DNA of 51,203 nucleotides, filler included, from Bipalium vagum (GCA_037834085.1; 3 parts of 3 records of this genome joined end to end with filler, not necessarily neighbours in it); one strand, 5' to 3'. Numbered from the whole stretch's first letter, positions 37,402 to 50,214 are shown. Numbers and translations: made by a program. The notes: a model not told the origin generated them from the letters alone.

Positions 37402-39596
37402 TCACAAATTTTCTTTTTCATTTTGATCAGCTTCTCCTTTTTCAGTTTCAGGATTGTCAATGGTAGACTAATAAAATCAATGAAATTTAATGACTAAGGA
37501 AAAAATTTCATACCCCAGCCGTTATTTCATCACTTGCCTGTACAACAGCCCGTTGTCTCTCCTGTTCACGCTTCTCGCGCATTTTCCGCTCATGTTCAAT
37601 AGCATGAAAAAAGTCTTCTTCTGCTTTCAAGACAAGATTTTCCTCCTGTTCCGTTTCGCCTTCTTCTATTCCTGAAGCACTTGGGCCGATTTTCTCACCA
37701 TCCTGAAAAAACCAAGGACAACATATAGTAGAGTAAGAGATATTTTTTCATGTACTTCTTTCTTCATTTTCAATTTCATTTCACGATGTCTGGCCTCAAG
37801 AATCTTTTCCCGTCGTGTCTCCCTTTCGAAGATATTTGACACAAGATTCTTTTCATTTTTCGACATGGACCAAAACCCTTCACTCAACTCAAGAATTGTT
37901 GTCGTTCCGGAATGACTGCCACAAGCCAAAAGACGACCGTGCTCTTGGACTCGCAAACTGTTGAGAGAATCATCACAGACCTGAATACGAAGAGTGGGCT
38001 CTTTCTGCTTGAAAACAATGTCCCACACATCAAGTGTACCGTCCATTTTAGTGATAAAAAAGACACCTGGTCTAACTGGACTCCAAACACCATCTGTAAG
38101 GGCCGACAAGTGATATTTCGTCCACATGATACTGGAGTCTCGGATGTCTTCCGACCAAATTCGCGCAGTCCAATCGCCGACAGTCAAAAAGTTTTTTGGG
38201 AAAAACGGACTTCTTTGGAGTGCATAAATTGGACCGAGATGTCCAGTGTATACTGCAGCAATCTTATCGGCGGGCGTTTTGCCTTTCCGATTGCACGACA
38301 TAATTGTGCCTTGTTCAGTGCCCACCATGAACTTGGTGGGAATTGTCGATTCATACTCTAAAGCATAAGCTCCTTGAGCCTTCTCTAAATCTTGTTTCTT
38401 TGTCGGATCCAAAATCAACATCTCAGTCGGTTCGGCCATTTTTCTTACGTCCCACCAGAATACTTGGCCATCAGTACTGGCAGAAAAACATTCCGTACCA
38501 GTTTTCGACTGAATCCATATGACTTTCCATGCAGGATCACGATGACTGCTTTCAACGGGCGAAACCTCAACCGGCTGGGATCCTTTGCGCCGATCCCATA
38601 GAGCTAAAGAAATAAATAAAGCCTATTGATTAATAAATTCTCACCTAATTGACCATTATAACAGCCACCCACGAGTGTGTGGGAATCTTTCGGGTTATAT
38701 TCAATACATACTAAAGGTGATACAGGCTTCAGAACAAGATCGGGCTTGTTTGGATTCATCATGTCCCATATATAAGAGTCAGTGCTAGTGTTTGGAGGAC
38801 TGGATTGAAATTCAGTATTACAATATGCCACTGCTAATTTTGTTGGACCATCAGGAAACCAGCTGATATGTGTAGCTGTTCTTTTTACTTCATTCATATC
38901 TCTGATAAAATACAAATACAGATCAAAAGAATCAAAAATCAAAAATTATACCTAAATACATTTATGGTTTTAGCTGACGGTGGTTCTTCTGATGCTTCAA
39001 TATCAATTCCTTCAAAGTAATTGTCATAAATATCAAGAGCATTATTTTGCTTTATGCAATGTTCAATAGTCTAAAATATTTTTTATAGTAGTTAGAATAT
39101 TGAATTTAGAAAATAATGACAATAAAAAAGTAAAAAGAAGAAATATGAATCTTTATAAAAAATGAATTAGAGATCATCAATAAGCTGTCATTTATCATAT
39201 ATTTTGATAATATAGGTATAATTACAAAAGTTAAATTTAAAATAAACTTACTCCACTTAAAAGTTGAATAGTCGTAGTGTATCCTTCATCCTTTTCTACT
39301 TTCTTCCTAAAACGAATCACTTGATCTGCCTCTTGTGAATTAACATCTTTAGGCCATCCACCTTCAGTGTGGTTGATCCCTCTAGTTTCTGTTTCATATC
39401 TTTCAGTATTTACCTCATGCTCTGACATTTCTTGTACACATTGAATGCCTCTATCAACAGGATTTTTTTCAATAAAATTTTCTGCTAAACTTGGATCAGG
39501 AGCAATATCAACATGTAATTCTGCTGGCCTGTCTTGAAAGTTGCATTGACGACCAAATTCAGAGCGCTTTTTAGTGTATACATATACAATCTCCAT
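37402..39596 (-). CDS. DNAI2: Axonemal outer-arm dynein intermediate chain 2, ~607 aa (exons 39596-39252, 39070-38952, 38901-38645, 38603-37756, 37702-37514, 37467-37402)
   Basis: [20 protein letters not shown]...[11 protein letters not shown]...[25 protein letters not shown]40 repeats ([15 protein letters not shown]) and [14 protein letters not shown]. Five GT-AG introns (181, 50, 41, 53, 46 bp) keep the frame. The last exon is less certain. Confidence 0.96.
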
Positions 39597-39651
39597 CTTT
39601 TAACAAAATATAATTACTATTTAATTATACTTGAAAACTCGAAAAATGAAA

Positions 39652-39664
39652 ATTACTAAGCAAC
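39652..39664 (-). promoter_or_regulatory. Candidate RFX X-box upstream of DNAI2
   Basis: GTTGCTTAGTAAT lies 56-68 bp upstream of the DNAI2 ATG and differs by one base from an X-box-type GTTGCTTAGTAAC. Ciliary genes are classic RFX targets. Confidence 0.5.
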
Positions 39665-40171
39665 ATTGCTTAAAACAACATTAATTTAATCTTGAACATT
39701 TCAAATTATTAAATAAATTTTTAAGAAATAATTAAATATATAATTTTGTAATTTATAAACTGTGCGTTAAAAATATTTACATTCTGAACCACGATACTAA
39801 TTTTAAATGATATTGAATTAAAAACTTGTGTTAAACTAAACATAAAAAATCAGTTTTTTAAAAAAATTCAATCGATTAACATTAATTTTAATAATAAAAG
39901 TTATTTAACTTATTTTTTATTACCTGCTATTAGATTTAATTCTAATTCTATCATTAATCGACGACTGTTCAAAATTTTTCATTTATTAGAACGAAAAAAT
40001 AATTTCAATTTTTATGCGTCTTCATTCTTAACGTAGTATTTTTTTATTAACATGATTAAAATAATAAGAGATTAATCAGAAAAGAAACCATATTAAGATA
40101 ATCAATTAGTAGTTTACATATTTAAAACAACAATTCTTGTTTAAATAATAAATAATTTATTGAATTTTGAA

Positions 40172-40782
40172 ATGAATCAAAATATTAATAAGTACATTTT
40201 GATTTTATAAAATTAAGGTATAATTTTAATTTTAAAGAAATGTTCTCGAAGGTAACGAAATACAAGATAACCCTATAATCGAATCTTTTAAAAAGATGAT
40301 GGAAGAAGAAAAAAATCTTGATTATGAAAATCATTTTAAATTAAATACTGAAGTTGAAGGCTAGATAAAACTATTCATCAATAAATATAAATATACATAA
40401 TTTAGATTTTTATGATGAAGAAGCTGATTCTGAAAATGAAAAGGAGATTGCTGAAGAATTGAGATCTCATTTTATTGACAATCCGATTGAAAGTGATGCT
40501 GTACTGAATTGTCCAGGATGCATGATCACACTGACAATTGACTGTCAGCAACACGAAATATATAAGAATCAATTCAGGGCCATGTTTGTTGAGAACTGCA
40601 AAATTGACATGGAAGAATCTCTGGTTTGTCCAATTATAAATAAACACAGTCGTTCATCTGCAAAAGGTTCAAATGTAGAAGATATTTTTCATCCAGTCAA
40701 TTGTGAAGTATGCCAAACACGAGTTGGTGTAGTTAATAGTAATGGTCTGTATCATTTTTTTAATGTCATCCCCAGTGATTAG
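40172..40782 (+). CDS. EAPP: E2F-associated phosphoprotein homolog, ~172 aa (exons 40172-40191, 40238-40359, 40406-40782)
   Basis: SDAVLNCPGCMITLTIDCQQHEIYKNQFRAMFVENC...FHPVNCEVCQTRVGV...YHFFNVIPS is the Eapp_C domain. Upstream ESFKKMMEEE and FYDEEAD match EAPP motifs. The second intron needs a GC donor. Confidence 0.88.
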
Positions 40783-41349
40783 CTGATAATTGAGAGATCT
40801 AATATATTTAATTACATTATTGTTAATATTTTTATTGAAAGTTCAGACATACAGTAATACGAAATATTTTTTAATATTGTGGTATTCAAAGTAGTGTGTG
40901 TTTATTATTAAATAATCTATTTTATGGAAGAGAAACTGAATTAATTTTTAAAACATCAATTCGATTTTTAATGGTTAATATCATTTATTTCGATCTATTT
41001 TTAAAATGATTTTCAAGCATTTTAATCTGACTATTATGAATACTTTCTACTAAATAAATTCAAGATATTATTTAAGAACATTGTTTGCGTAATTATACTA
41101 TAAAAAAAATCGATAAGACGAGAATAAAAAATTGTGAAGAAAAAAGTTGATTTAAATAGTAATATTTTGTTAATTTCCGTAGATATATTTTTGAAGAACC
41201 AAAAAATATTGGCTAAGATAAAAGGTTACAATTGTAATCGGGAATTACATTAGCTGCACCTAAAACTTCAAATATTTCTCCAAGAATTGATATAGATATT
41301 GTAAAAATACAAGCACTATTTATTCTAAGATAATAATAACAGATTAGTA

Positions 41350-41930
41350 AGTGACAATTTCCGTCATTGGTAACAACCTGCTGCTACTTGTTCACCACTA
41401 TGTCGAAGCCACGACTCTAGAAATCTTGGGAGTTTGCTTCAAAGAAGTTATTCAACCACTTTTTAAGAACATCGTTATCCACCACAAGATCCATCATTTG
41501 GTTTGACATTGAGCGAAGAAGATGAAAATCCAGAGAATATGGAGTATGTATGTATTAGAACCTTCAAATTGAGTTTTTGGAGAGTGATGTTTGATACGAT
41601 CACTACGCGTCGTAAGTTATTATGAAGTAGGATAACTTCAGGTTTTCAGTTGGGTTTTTTCTGTTTTTTAACTTTATTTACTCTTTGTTATTTGGATATA
41701 TAGAACTTATCAACCGTCTGGTTTCTATGAATAATTTCCCTAATGAAAACTAACCTTATAATCTTACCAAAGATCTCATAATCTTCTTTGGATGGATCTT
41801 GCTTAACCCTAGGCTTTGTCACTGACAACTTCCTTTTTTCTGAAATTAGCATAGGCAGCATTTCTTGTGTTCTGCTAAGATTCTATGGAGAAGTCGTTCT
41901 TTGTGATAATCTGTTGCTCGATGTCAACCG
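41350..41930 (-). mobile_element. Degenerate mariner 3' half
   Basis: LLHNN, HTPYSLDFHLLRSMSN...WLNNFFEA...QQVVTNDG. Confidence 0.75.
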
Positions 41931-42059
41931 AGATGTTGAGAAATATTGGGTTGTAAAGTTCAAAATCCAACTAATACAATTTATTTAAAAAAAATAATTT
42001 TTATATAGGTAAACTAAAATACTTAACAAAAGTAATTTCTATGATCTTTTGCCATCTTA

Positions 42060-43140
42060 TAGGTAAATTCATGATTCCTTACTCATACAAAATAGTGGAC
42101 TTAGACATAAAGAAATTGTCCAAGGCGTTTTGATATCGACCTCTTTAGAAAATTCTTTTCCATTCAGATAATTTTGGAGACCTGAACAGATGATAATCTA
42201 AAGGCGCGATATCAGGTGAGGCGCGATATCCCATTCAAATGCCTTTAATATTTCCTGTACGATTTTTAAAATATGGGGTCTGGTATTGTCATGTTGAATG
42301 ATGACATTTTTTCTGTTTATCAATTCTGGTCTGGATTTTTTTAATTCAACCTCAAGTCTTCCTAATTGGTCCAGTGATAGTTATGTTACGTGGTAAAAGA
42401 TCGTAATATATTATTCCACGGTAATCCCACCAAACAGACATCATAATTCGGCGAGGATGAAGGTCTGGTTTGGCAGTGGGTATATGCTTCTGGCCAGGAG
42501 TAAGCCATTGCTTTTTTCTTTTTATGTTGACGTAGCACACCGACTTCTCATCTCTTTATAATTCTTTTAAAAAATTATCGTTATTGAATCTTTGGAGAAG
42601 AGAAGAACAAGTCAACAATCTGCGCTTTTTGATGTTTTCACTTAAGAAATGAGGAATCCATAACCATTGCATATAGACTTTGAAGATGGTAGTGTGGGAG
42701 ACCTGAAGGTGATCTCCCAAGTAACACGTTGTACACATAGGATCTCCCTCGATAAGAGATATAAGACGATTGTTATCCAAATTTGAATTTCATCCTCTTC
42801 TTTCGGAAATATCAAAATTTCGGCCTTTAAATCTTCTAAACCATCTTTGACATTTATCTAGTGACAGATTACATTCAGGATAGGTTGTTGATATGATTTA
42901 AATGCATTTAAGCTGGTTGATCCCTTTCTAAATTCATGTATCAAACAATGCCTGATATAAATTTCTTCAGTATTCATCTAAAATTATTTTTATTTAATTA
43001 TTTAAAATGTTGCAAAATTATTAAATCAAACTAATGTGTCTTGAAGATCGAAATTTCCTTTTTAGAATTTGGTTTACCATTATTAAGCATATCTTCTAAA
43101 AATTGCGCCTTCTCCGAACACTGCAACGAACTAATTCTGG
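42060..43140 (-). mobile_element. Degenerate mariner (Mos1-like) transposon
   Basis: WFRRFKGRNFDISE, WIPHFLSE, PTAKPDLHPRRIMMSVWWDYRGIIYYDLL, IQHDNTRPH, SPDIAPLDYHLFRS. Confidence 0.9.
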
Positions 43141-43464
43141 TCTTTGTTAAAAAGAAATAAATCTAAATATTGGAACTGATGTTTTTTAACATTCGGCATT
43201 TCTAAAGTAAAAAATTAAAAATTACGTACATTGACTAAGATAACTATAGTTTTGTAGAACAGAAAAAGAGGATTCAAAAAATATACAAATAGCGACAAAT
43301 AAGAATAGTATAGCTAACCAAAACAGAAATGCATAAAATTTTTATTCATTTTACAACCGAATTCAAGGTCAATTTAATTTATAGTTTAGTCCTTATGTTT
43401 TATAAAGCTGTACAGCTTATATTATGAAAAGGTAAACAATGAAATCAGCAATATTTATGTGTAG

Positions 43465-44291
43465 GGTTATAATAATAATAAGTTGATAGTAATAATAATA
43501 ATGAAAAATCTAAATAATAATAATCCTTCCTGGGATAATATCAACCTTGGCGTCTGGGTTGAGAAGAAGTAATTACACCCTATTGTGGGAGATAATAATC
43601 CTTCCTATCTCGTCGTTGAGACAGAGAAAGTAATTAAAGGCTATTGATGGAAATAGCCGTCTCGCAGCGTAGGGATTGGTGGTCGTAGCCCAGTCCCTGC
43701 GACTATATGGAGAGACGGCTATTCCCACCAATTTGTCCGAAAACGCTAATACATCAGAACGGAGGACGATAAATCAGGAAAACTACCGGAGGACACAAAT
43801 TCAGGGAATTGCTCAGAAAGACTACTAGCCGACGCGAGCAGACTATGTATTCTTTTCTGTGGATATGACAACGCAGAAGGATTTCAGAAGGGGACCAGAG
43901 AGTAAGAAGGCGACCCGGGACCCCTTGTAGCTCTTGGTGAGACCGTTTTATTTTTTGTTGTTGATCTTTGTGTTACTTTCCAAGGACTTCTTTTTATGAT
44001 TCTCTCACTTTTCTTTAATTTTAATAGTAGTGTGTTTATTTTATTATTATTTATTTTCTGTTATTGGACTTATTAGAGACTTCTCGCGGTGATCGTTATA
44101 TTGAGAATGTGTTTTTGTCAATAAAGTTTTATTGAAGACGTTTTGATTCAGTTCATAGGGTGTGGATACAGTATTATTGGAGGTGTTTTTATTCAGATAA
44201 GGTTTGAGAAGGAACAAACACAACATTGTATAAAAGTGAGGAGTTACGAGTACACCAGCACACGTTACTGCGTCAAAGTATAATAGTAACC
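43465..44291. repeat. Dispersed repeat family 1, copy B (827 bp, apparently full length, solo-LTR-like)
   Basis: Inverted ends GGTTA...TAACC, internal GC-rich hairpin block at 43540-43935 and AATAAA at ~44121. Homologous to copies A, C and 4650-5090. Confidence 0.8.
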
Positions 44292-44339
44292 TATGAATAA
44301 GCATCAATAAACAATAATTTTCTTGACTAAACTAGTATT

Positions 44340-44700
44340 TTGTAACAACAATTTGGCATGCTACTAATGAATCTATTCTTTTAAATGAGAAGAGTTATAC
44401 CAAATTTGGTTTAACTTTAAAATAAAATATTCTGTTTGTGATGAATTTTTCGCAATTTCCATTTTGGTAATTTCCCACAAGTTCTCTATAGGGTTCTCTA
44501 TTGACAGGCCATGCAGAACAAATGATTTTGTTCCAGAAACGCTGTGATACTTCTGCTTTAAAACAAGGGACTGAATCATGTATGAATGTGAAATCCTGGC
44601 CTTCTGGGAACCATAAAGCTTTCTAGGGTAATAGACAATTCTCCAAAATCTGTCGATGCTGATCCTGTTTCATTATTTCCTGGACTAAATTAAGAAATCC
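44340..44700 (-). mobile_element. Tc1-like transposase C-terminal relic
   Basis: NPIENLWEITK motif; upstream IFTFIHDS.PC and downstream SMPN. Confidence 0.6.
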
Positions 44701-45124
44701 TTTACAAATGAAAGATTATATAGAAAAATTAGTTGACTTACTATACGTATATTACTTACTTACGTATATTACTTAAAATAAAATCTTTAAAACTATATTT
44801 TCTTCTAAGTATGGTATTCTTTTTTATCTTGAAAGTAGTCTTTAGGATAAAAAAAAGTATATTAGATATAGGGGGCAATTCTTTGCGATTAATTATTTCG
44901 AATTGATTTAAAGTAAATTGATCTTAAAATTTAAAAATTATAGACTATGGGTATTGTTCTAGGAACTGTATAAATAATAAAAGCATAAATACAGAAAGAT
45001 ATTCCATTTAATTAATGCTAAAAATATTTTTGAATCAGACATTTAATGCCTAAATTAATTCAAAAATTGTACTTTATAATTGTCTACAGTTACATTTTAC
45101 TAATATTTTATGAATAAATAATGT

Positions 45125-48100
45125 TTAATATGCATGATTTGCTACAAACAATGACTGGCCTCCAGCAGCTGTTTCTAATACCCCTTCAAACCTTCCCAGC
45201 GAGGCAGCTCCATTTGCCTAAAAATATATTATTGTTCTAAAAGGAAAATTTGAAAAATCTAACTTGTGCTAATTTCAAAAGTTCTAATTGGGCAGGTATA
45301 ATGTTTTCTTCTTTACCACGCCATTTTTGTATAACTGATGCTTGAAGGGCGCGTCCAAAACTAAATGAGAGTGCCCACGGTTTCTTACCAGGATATTTAT
45401 TAATTGCATTTAGATTAAGTGTCGCTTCCAATTCTGACATTCCACCAGACAAAAACACAATTCCTAAACATTCACAATAAAATTAAACATTGTATATTCT
45501 GACCTGGAACGGAAGGTGGAACTCGCCGCATTAGGGCTTCAACAGTAGCTTGGGCATTTTGTTCGGGACAATATTTTCTTTGAGACTGCATACCAGCAGT
45601 AACCATATTTGGTTTAAGAAGAGTTCCTTCAAGATATATATGGTGATCAGCTAATGCCTTATACACAAAAGCTAATACGTCCTCTGTAACTCTTTGAGCA
45701 GTGAATAAATCATGTGTTCCATCAGGAAGAACTTCTGGTTCAACTATAGGAACCAAACCATTCTATGACATTTAAATAATATTTTATTGTATTAAGACAA
45801 TGTGAAGTTCACAAATTTAATATTTAAGATATTTTTTTTTCATTATTTATCTAACAGATTTTATAAAATAATTTCTTTTTCTAAATAACTTTCAAAAACT
45901 TTAAAGATTCTTTTATTAAACTCACAACAACGAATCTATATCAGCAAGTCAGAATTAATTATTTCTTAAACCTAATGAATATTGACCTCATATTTATAGA
46001 GTTACTCTAAATATGTAGTTGCAAAAAAAATAATGATAATAATAATAAAAATAAAAATAAATAATTTTATTATTATTAATAATAGGGTCATGTTTAGTTT
46101 TCAATCTATGTTTTTTCTAACTTCCTTATGGTTTCAATCTTTGTTTTATAACCCATCTCAACTAATCATGTTCATTTTCCAACCTGTTTTTTTCCAATCC
46201 AAAGTAATATTATGAAAAATAAATTTACTTTTCAAACATACAGAATGAATAAAAGCAATGAAAAGACAATTAAAAAAACAATAAAAACAATTTATTAATC
46301 AAATTTATTTAATAAATCAAATATGGCATTGGGATCTTTCTTTAGAAAATTTTGCCTCCAAGTCCATTCAGCCAGGTAAGACTTCAGTACCGTTCCATAT
46401 ATTTCCCTCAAACATTTTCTCTTGCTTTTCAATGTTCCAAAGATAAATTCAATTAGCTAGGTATTGGCACAAAATTATTCACAAAATTGTTGGGTTAGCC
46501 AAGGACACATCCCTGCCAACCCTTGTAAAAGTATATGGTAGAGACGACAATAAGGTTAAGATTGGTTGTTATCAATTAATTATTAAGACCGCAAGAGGCT
46601 CAGAAATAACTTAATAATAATAATAATTAATTAAAAAGTACATAAAAAAGGGGCAATTAATTATTTCCAAAAGGATTTAATCTTGACAATGACGAACCTA
46701 AATTGCAAAGATTAGATCACAGTCCTCAAGGAGGAACCGATTTAGAATTATCAAGCTAAAAAGAGAATTGACATTCCCCATTGATAAAGCTGGTCTACGA
46801 TTGATTGGTCGTCTGATCAGAATAGTATATAAGGAGATGGAATCCACAGTGGATTACCATAAAATTCTCCGAAAGAAATTGTCGTGACTACAAGGATATT
46901 TGTCAGAAAAAGGCTACACGGATAATTGTTAGAAGAAGGACACGAGACATTCGACGACAGAATATTGTTCGAAAATGTGTTTCATTCTTTATGCCCATGT
47001 CCTCTATGCGACAGGAGCACACGACGGGTCCTGTGGTGTTAGGGGGTTTCTGAGTGGGCTCAGCTAACCAGCCTTTGGACCTATCGTCACAAGTGGTGAG
47101 AGTATCTTAATTTTTATCAATTTTTTCTTTTTAATTAACCCTTACGTACAGACATTTATTTGACATTGATATTTAATTATTTAATTGATTATTAACATTT
47201 GATTTTTAGTGTGATAACATTTTATTTTTCTTTTTGTGTAAAAACATTTGATTGCAGACATTTTTTTTGATCATTTGAAACATTTTGATACTGTTTGTAT
47301 TGTTATTTTAGCAATATAGTGTTGTTCATATATGTTTGATTCATTCATTTGCGTAAACGTATAGGCAAAAAAGAAGGGGTCAGTAACTTTGCGAGCTAAG
47401 GTTATGACAGTGTTCATAGTGAGATAATATCGTAACAAAATTATTTTTGTGATTGAATATGCGATGAGTAAAATTTTTATCCTTAGCCAATTGACAATAA
47501 GCTTTCCATTTATCACTCATTATACTTGATCCTTTTTATAATGGGTAGCAAAGTGGCAGCACCTCTATTGTTGAATAAAGTGTTTGGTTTACCCAAGACA
47601 CCCAACCGGAAAAAACCCAAGAAAACTATGATAAGGGTTTAAATGTTAATAATAATTATAATTATAATAATTATTATAATAATAATATTAATATTTTAAG
47701 TTACTTATTGAAAAGCAATTAAAAATTCTCAGATATTTTTATTTTGAAATTACTTGAAAAATAAAACAGCCCTCAAAAAGTAATTTTTATTATTTAAGAA
47801 TTCTAAAAAAGGTAATTTGTAAATATTAACAACCATCAGGAAATAGGAATTTTGGGGAATTTTAGAGTTGACACAATTTTTAGAATTTTAAGATTAATTT
47901 TGAAACTGTTTCAAGAATAATCTTCAAATGAAGATCAGTCTTTGAAAAATTATAAGCAGAGGGATTATAGCATAATTCCACCCTTAGGAAACGTGTAGAA
48001 TAAATTTATTATTCGATTTACAGAAGATTATTATTCGGTTTACGGAAGAAGATTATTATTATTCGTCTCACAAGGAAAAGACTATTGATTACCCCAAAGA

Positions 48101-50214
48101 TCATCATTTGCAACAAGTATTTTAATGTATGTTACAGCGCTGGGCCTATTCTTAAAATTCCCCATCAGCGAATTATCGGTAAACAACCGTTAGAGCTCAG
48201 AAGATAATTCGGGAGTTTTAGCTGAAGATAAGTCGTAAGATTTTCCCATTTCTTTAAAAAAAATATTAATATTAATTAATTTAGTTTCCGATTAATATTT
48301 TGTTTTAATTGGACTTCGGAGTTATTTGATTATTTATTAACATTTTTAAAAAGTAGTAGTGAGACAATTCTGACAGTATAATTTTGATCGCATATTCTGA
48401 CTATTGTTCTGTATTTTGTGATTGTGTGATATAAATACAAGTTATTGCTTTACTGATTGTTATCATTTGCACCACCTAGGAGTTGGAGTCAGGTATAAGT
48501 TTGATAAACTAGTTAGTCAAAAAGATAAAAATTATTTCAGCAGGACTGGAATCATCCACTATCTCAAACACTCATAACTCGAATTCCGGTGCACGACCTT
48601 TATGATATTTAGGCTTAAAACTGTAAGATATATAAATATAATTATTAAAATATATGAAAACCCATTGTTTTCATATGAATAACCCATTGCATCATGTTTT
48701 TTTCTAGCCCATTGATGAGAAGGATTTTTGCAATTGATCAAGTATTTTATCAAACCAAAATGGGTTGAAAACTAAACATGATAATAATAATAATAACAAA
48801 AAGAAAATACAAAAAAAGAATAATGACTAAAAATCAAAAAAAGCACAAGATTAAATTAGGCCTCGAAACAAAAAAATAGAGAAAATTTAGTAAGATCTTT
48901 GATTTTCCTAATACGGTTGATTTTGAAAATAAAGTTTTTTAGAAAATAAACAATCTGAAAATAAAGGTAATTTTGAGAGTAAAGTTGAAAATAAGAGTCT
49001 ATAACAGTTTTAAAAAAGTTGTTAATATTTTAGAACCTATTACTTAGGCTTTATTTGTGATTCTGGAAATATTTGAGAGGTTAAAAAGTTGAGTAAAGTT
49101 ATTCATTATGGATTACTTGTAAACTCAGTTTTTCTATTCACTAGTAGAATAATGAATTGTCAGTGTTGTTACATGTCCTCACCAGATTATGAAAGCTCTT
49201 GTAGACAAACCAAATTTAAAAAATGTCATTCTCAAGTAATACGATGTTATTTTGTCTTGTAACTTAATTTGTATCTATTCAATTGGGTATTATACCGAGT
49301 CAATTTCATTTCTATTTGAATTCTTTGATTTTCCATTTCTCATTATCGATTTGGTGGTATTAATCATGGAATAAATAGCTGTGTCAGGCGTGCATTAAGA
49401 TATTATTTTACTTTATTGGTGCACCCTGAGATTATAATGATTTGGTTATTGCTATCGTGTTACTTGTCAATTGAATAAAGTCTTGAACTTCTGATTTTCT
49501 AATTTTTTGGTAATCAATTCTTTAGATTTTTGGAGTCAAATAAATTATGTACTTAGAAAAAATTAAAAATATTAATACTTATATCTAATACCTTTTGACA
49601 AATCATTGCATATCTCGCAAGCACATTGGCATTCTCAAGCATAGCTAAATATGAAGGAGTGTGAGGGCCGATTTTCAAAACGCAACGCCATTTAGCGAAG
49701 TGACATCCGTCCTTTTTATAAAGAGAACATCGCTCATCAAGTCCATCTAAGCCTTGAGTTGTGCATTCGTCAAAAGTACCAAGTAAAGGTACAACACCAG
49801 TATCAACTTTAATACCAGGAATGATTCCTCGATCCTGAAAGATTAATTTTTCAAAGTACAACAAATGCTTTACTATCAAATGTTTAGTCAGAGGTAAACC
49901 GTCTTCTCCTTTTTGATGTAAAGTCTCATGATACAAAATAACACCTGAAATATTTCTTGCAATTATCGGATCAGCAGTGAACAATAAATGCCTGTATTGT
50001 CTTCTATTGGTTTCTGTATTTTCCACACTAATACCGTGAAATCTCTTTCCAATAGTACCTAAAATAATTAAGATTTCACTGTGATGTTTAATAAGAAACA
50101 ACTTGTGCTCTCATCTGCAGCAAGTATACCTTTGCCAGGATACACTATTGCGTTAGCAATATTTCTTAATTCTTTCAGCTGGTGTTCTGATAAATATCTT
50201 GCAAATTCTGGCAT
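45125..50214 (-). CDS. ALDO: Fructose-bisphosphate aldolase class I, 363 aa (exons 50214-50103, 50058-49874, 49834-49592, 45762-45504, 45463-45264, 45217-45125)
   Basis: [48 protein letters not shown] (Schiff-base Lys), [17 protein letters not shown] and C-terminal SLFVANHAY*. Introns of 44, 39, 3829, 40 and 46 bp are all GT-AG and keep the frame. Confidence 0.97.
46320..46500 (-). mobile_element. Merlin (IS1595/ISXO2-like) transposase relic in aldolase intron 3
   Basis: Minus strand reads NFVN...NT*LIE...W and [14 protein letters not shown], resembling the Merlin C-terminal TQ.IE..W...L.SYL.EF.WR motif. Confidence 0.55.
48410..48512 (+). repeat. Dispersed repeat family 2 core inside aldolase intron 3
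   Basis: Direct match to 35060-35165. Confidence 0.75.

Noticed and set aside
37912-38601. Plus-strand ORFs of 149 and 69 aa
   Set aside because: Antisense shadows of DNAI2 exon 4.
42201-42232. Direct repeat AGGCGCGATATC x2
   Set aside because: Local duplication/deletion scar within the mariner SPDIAP motif.
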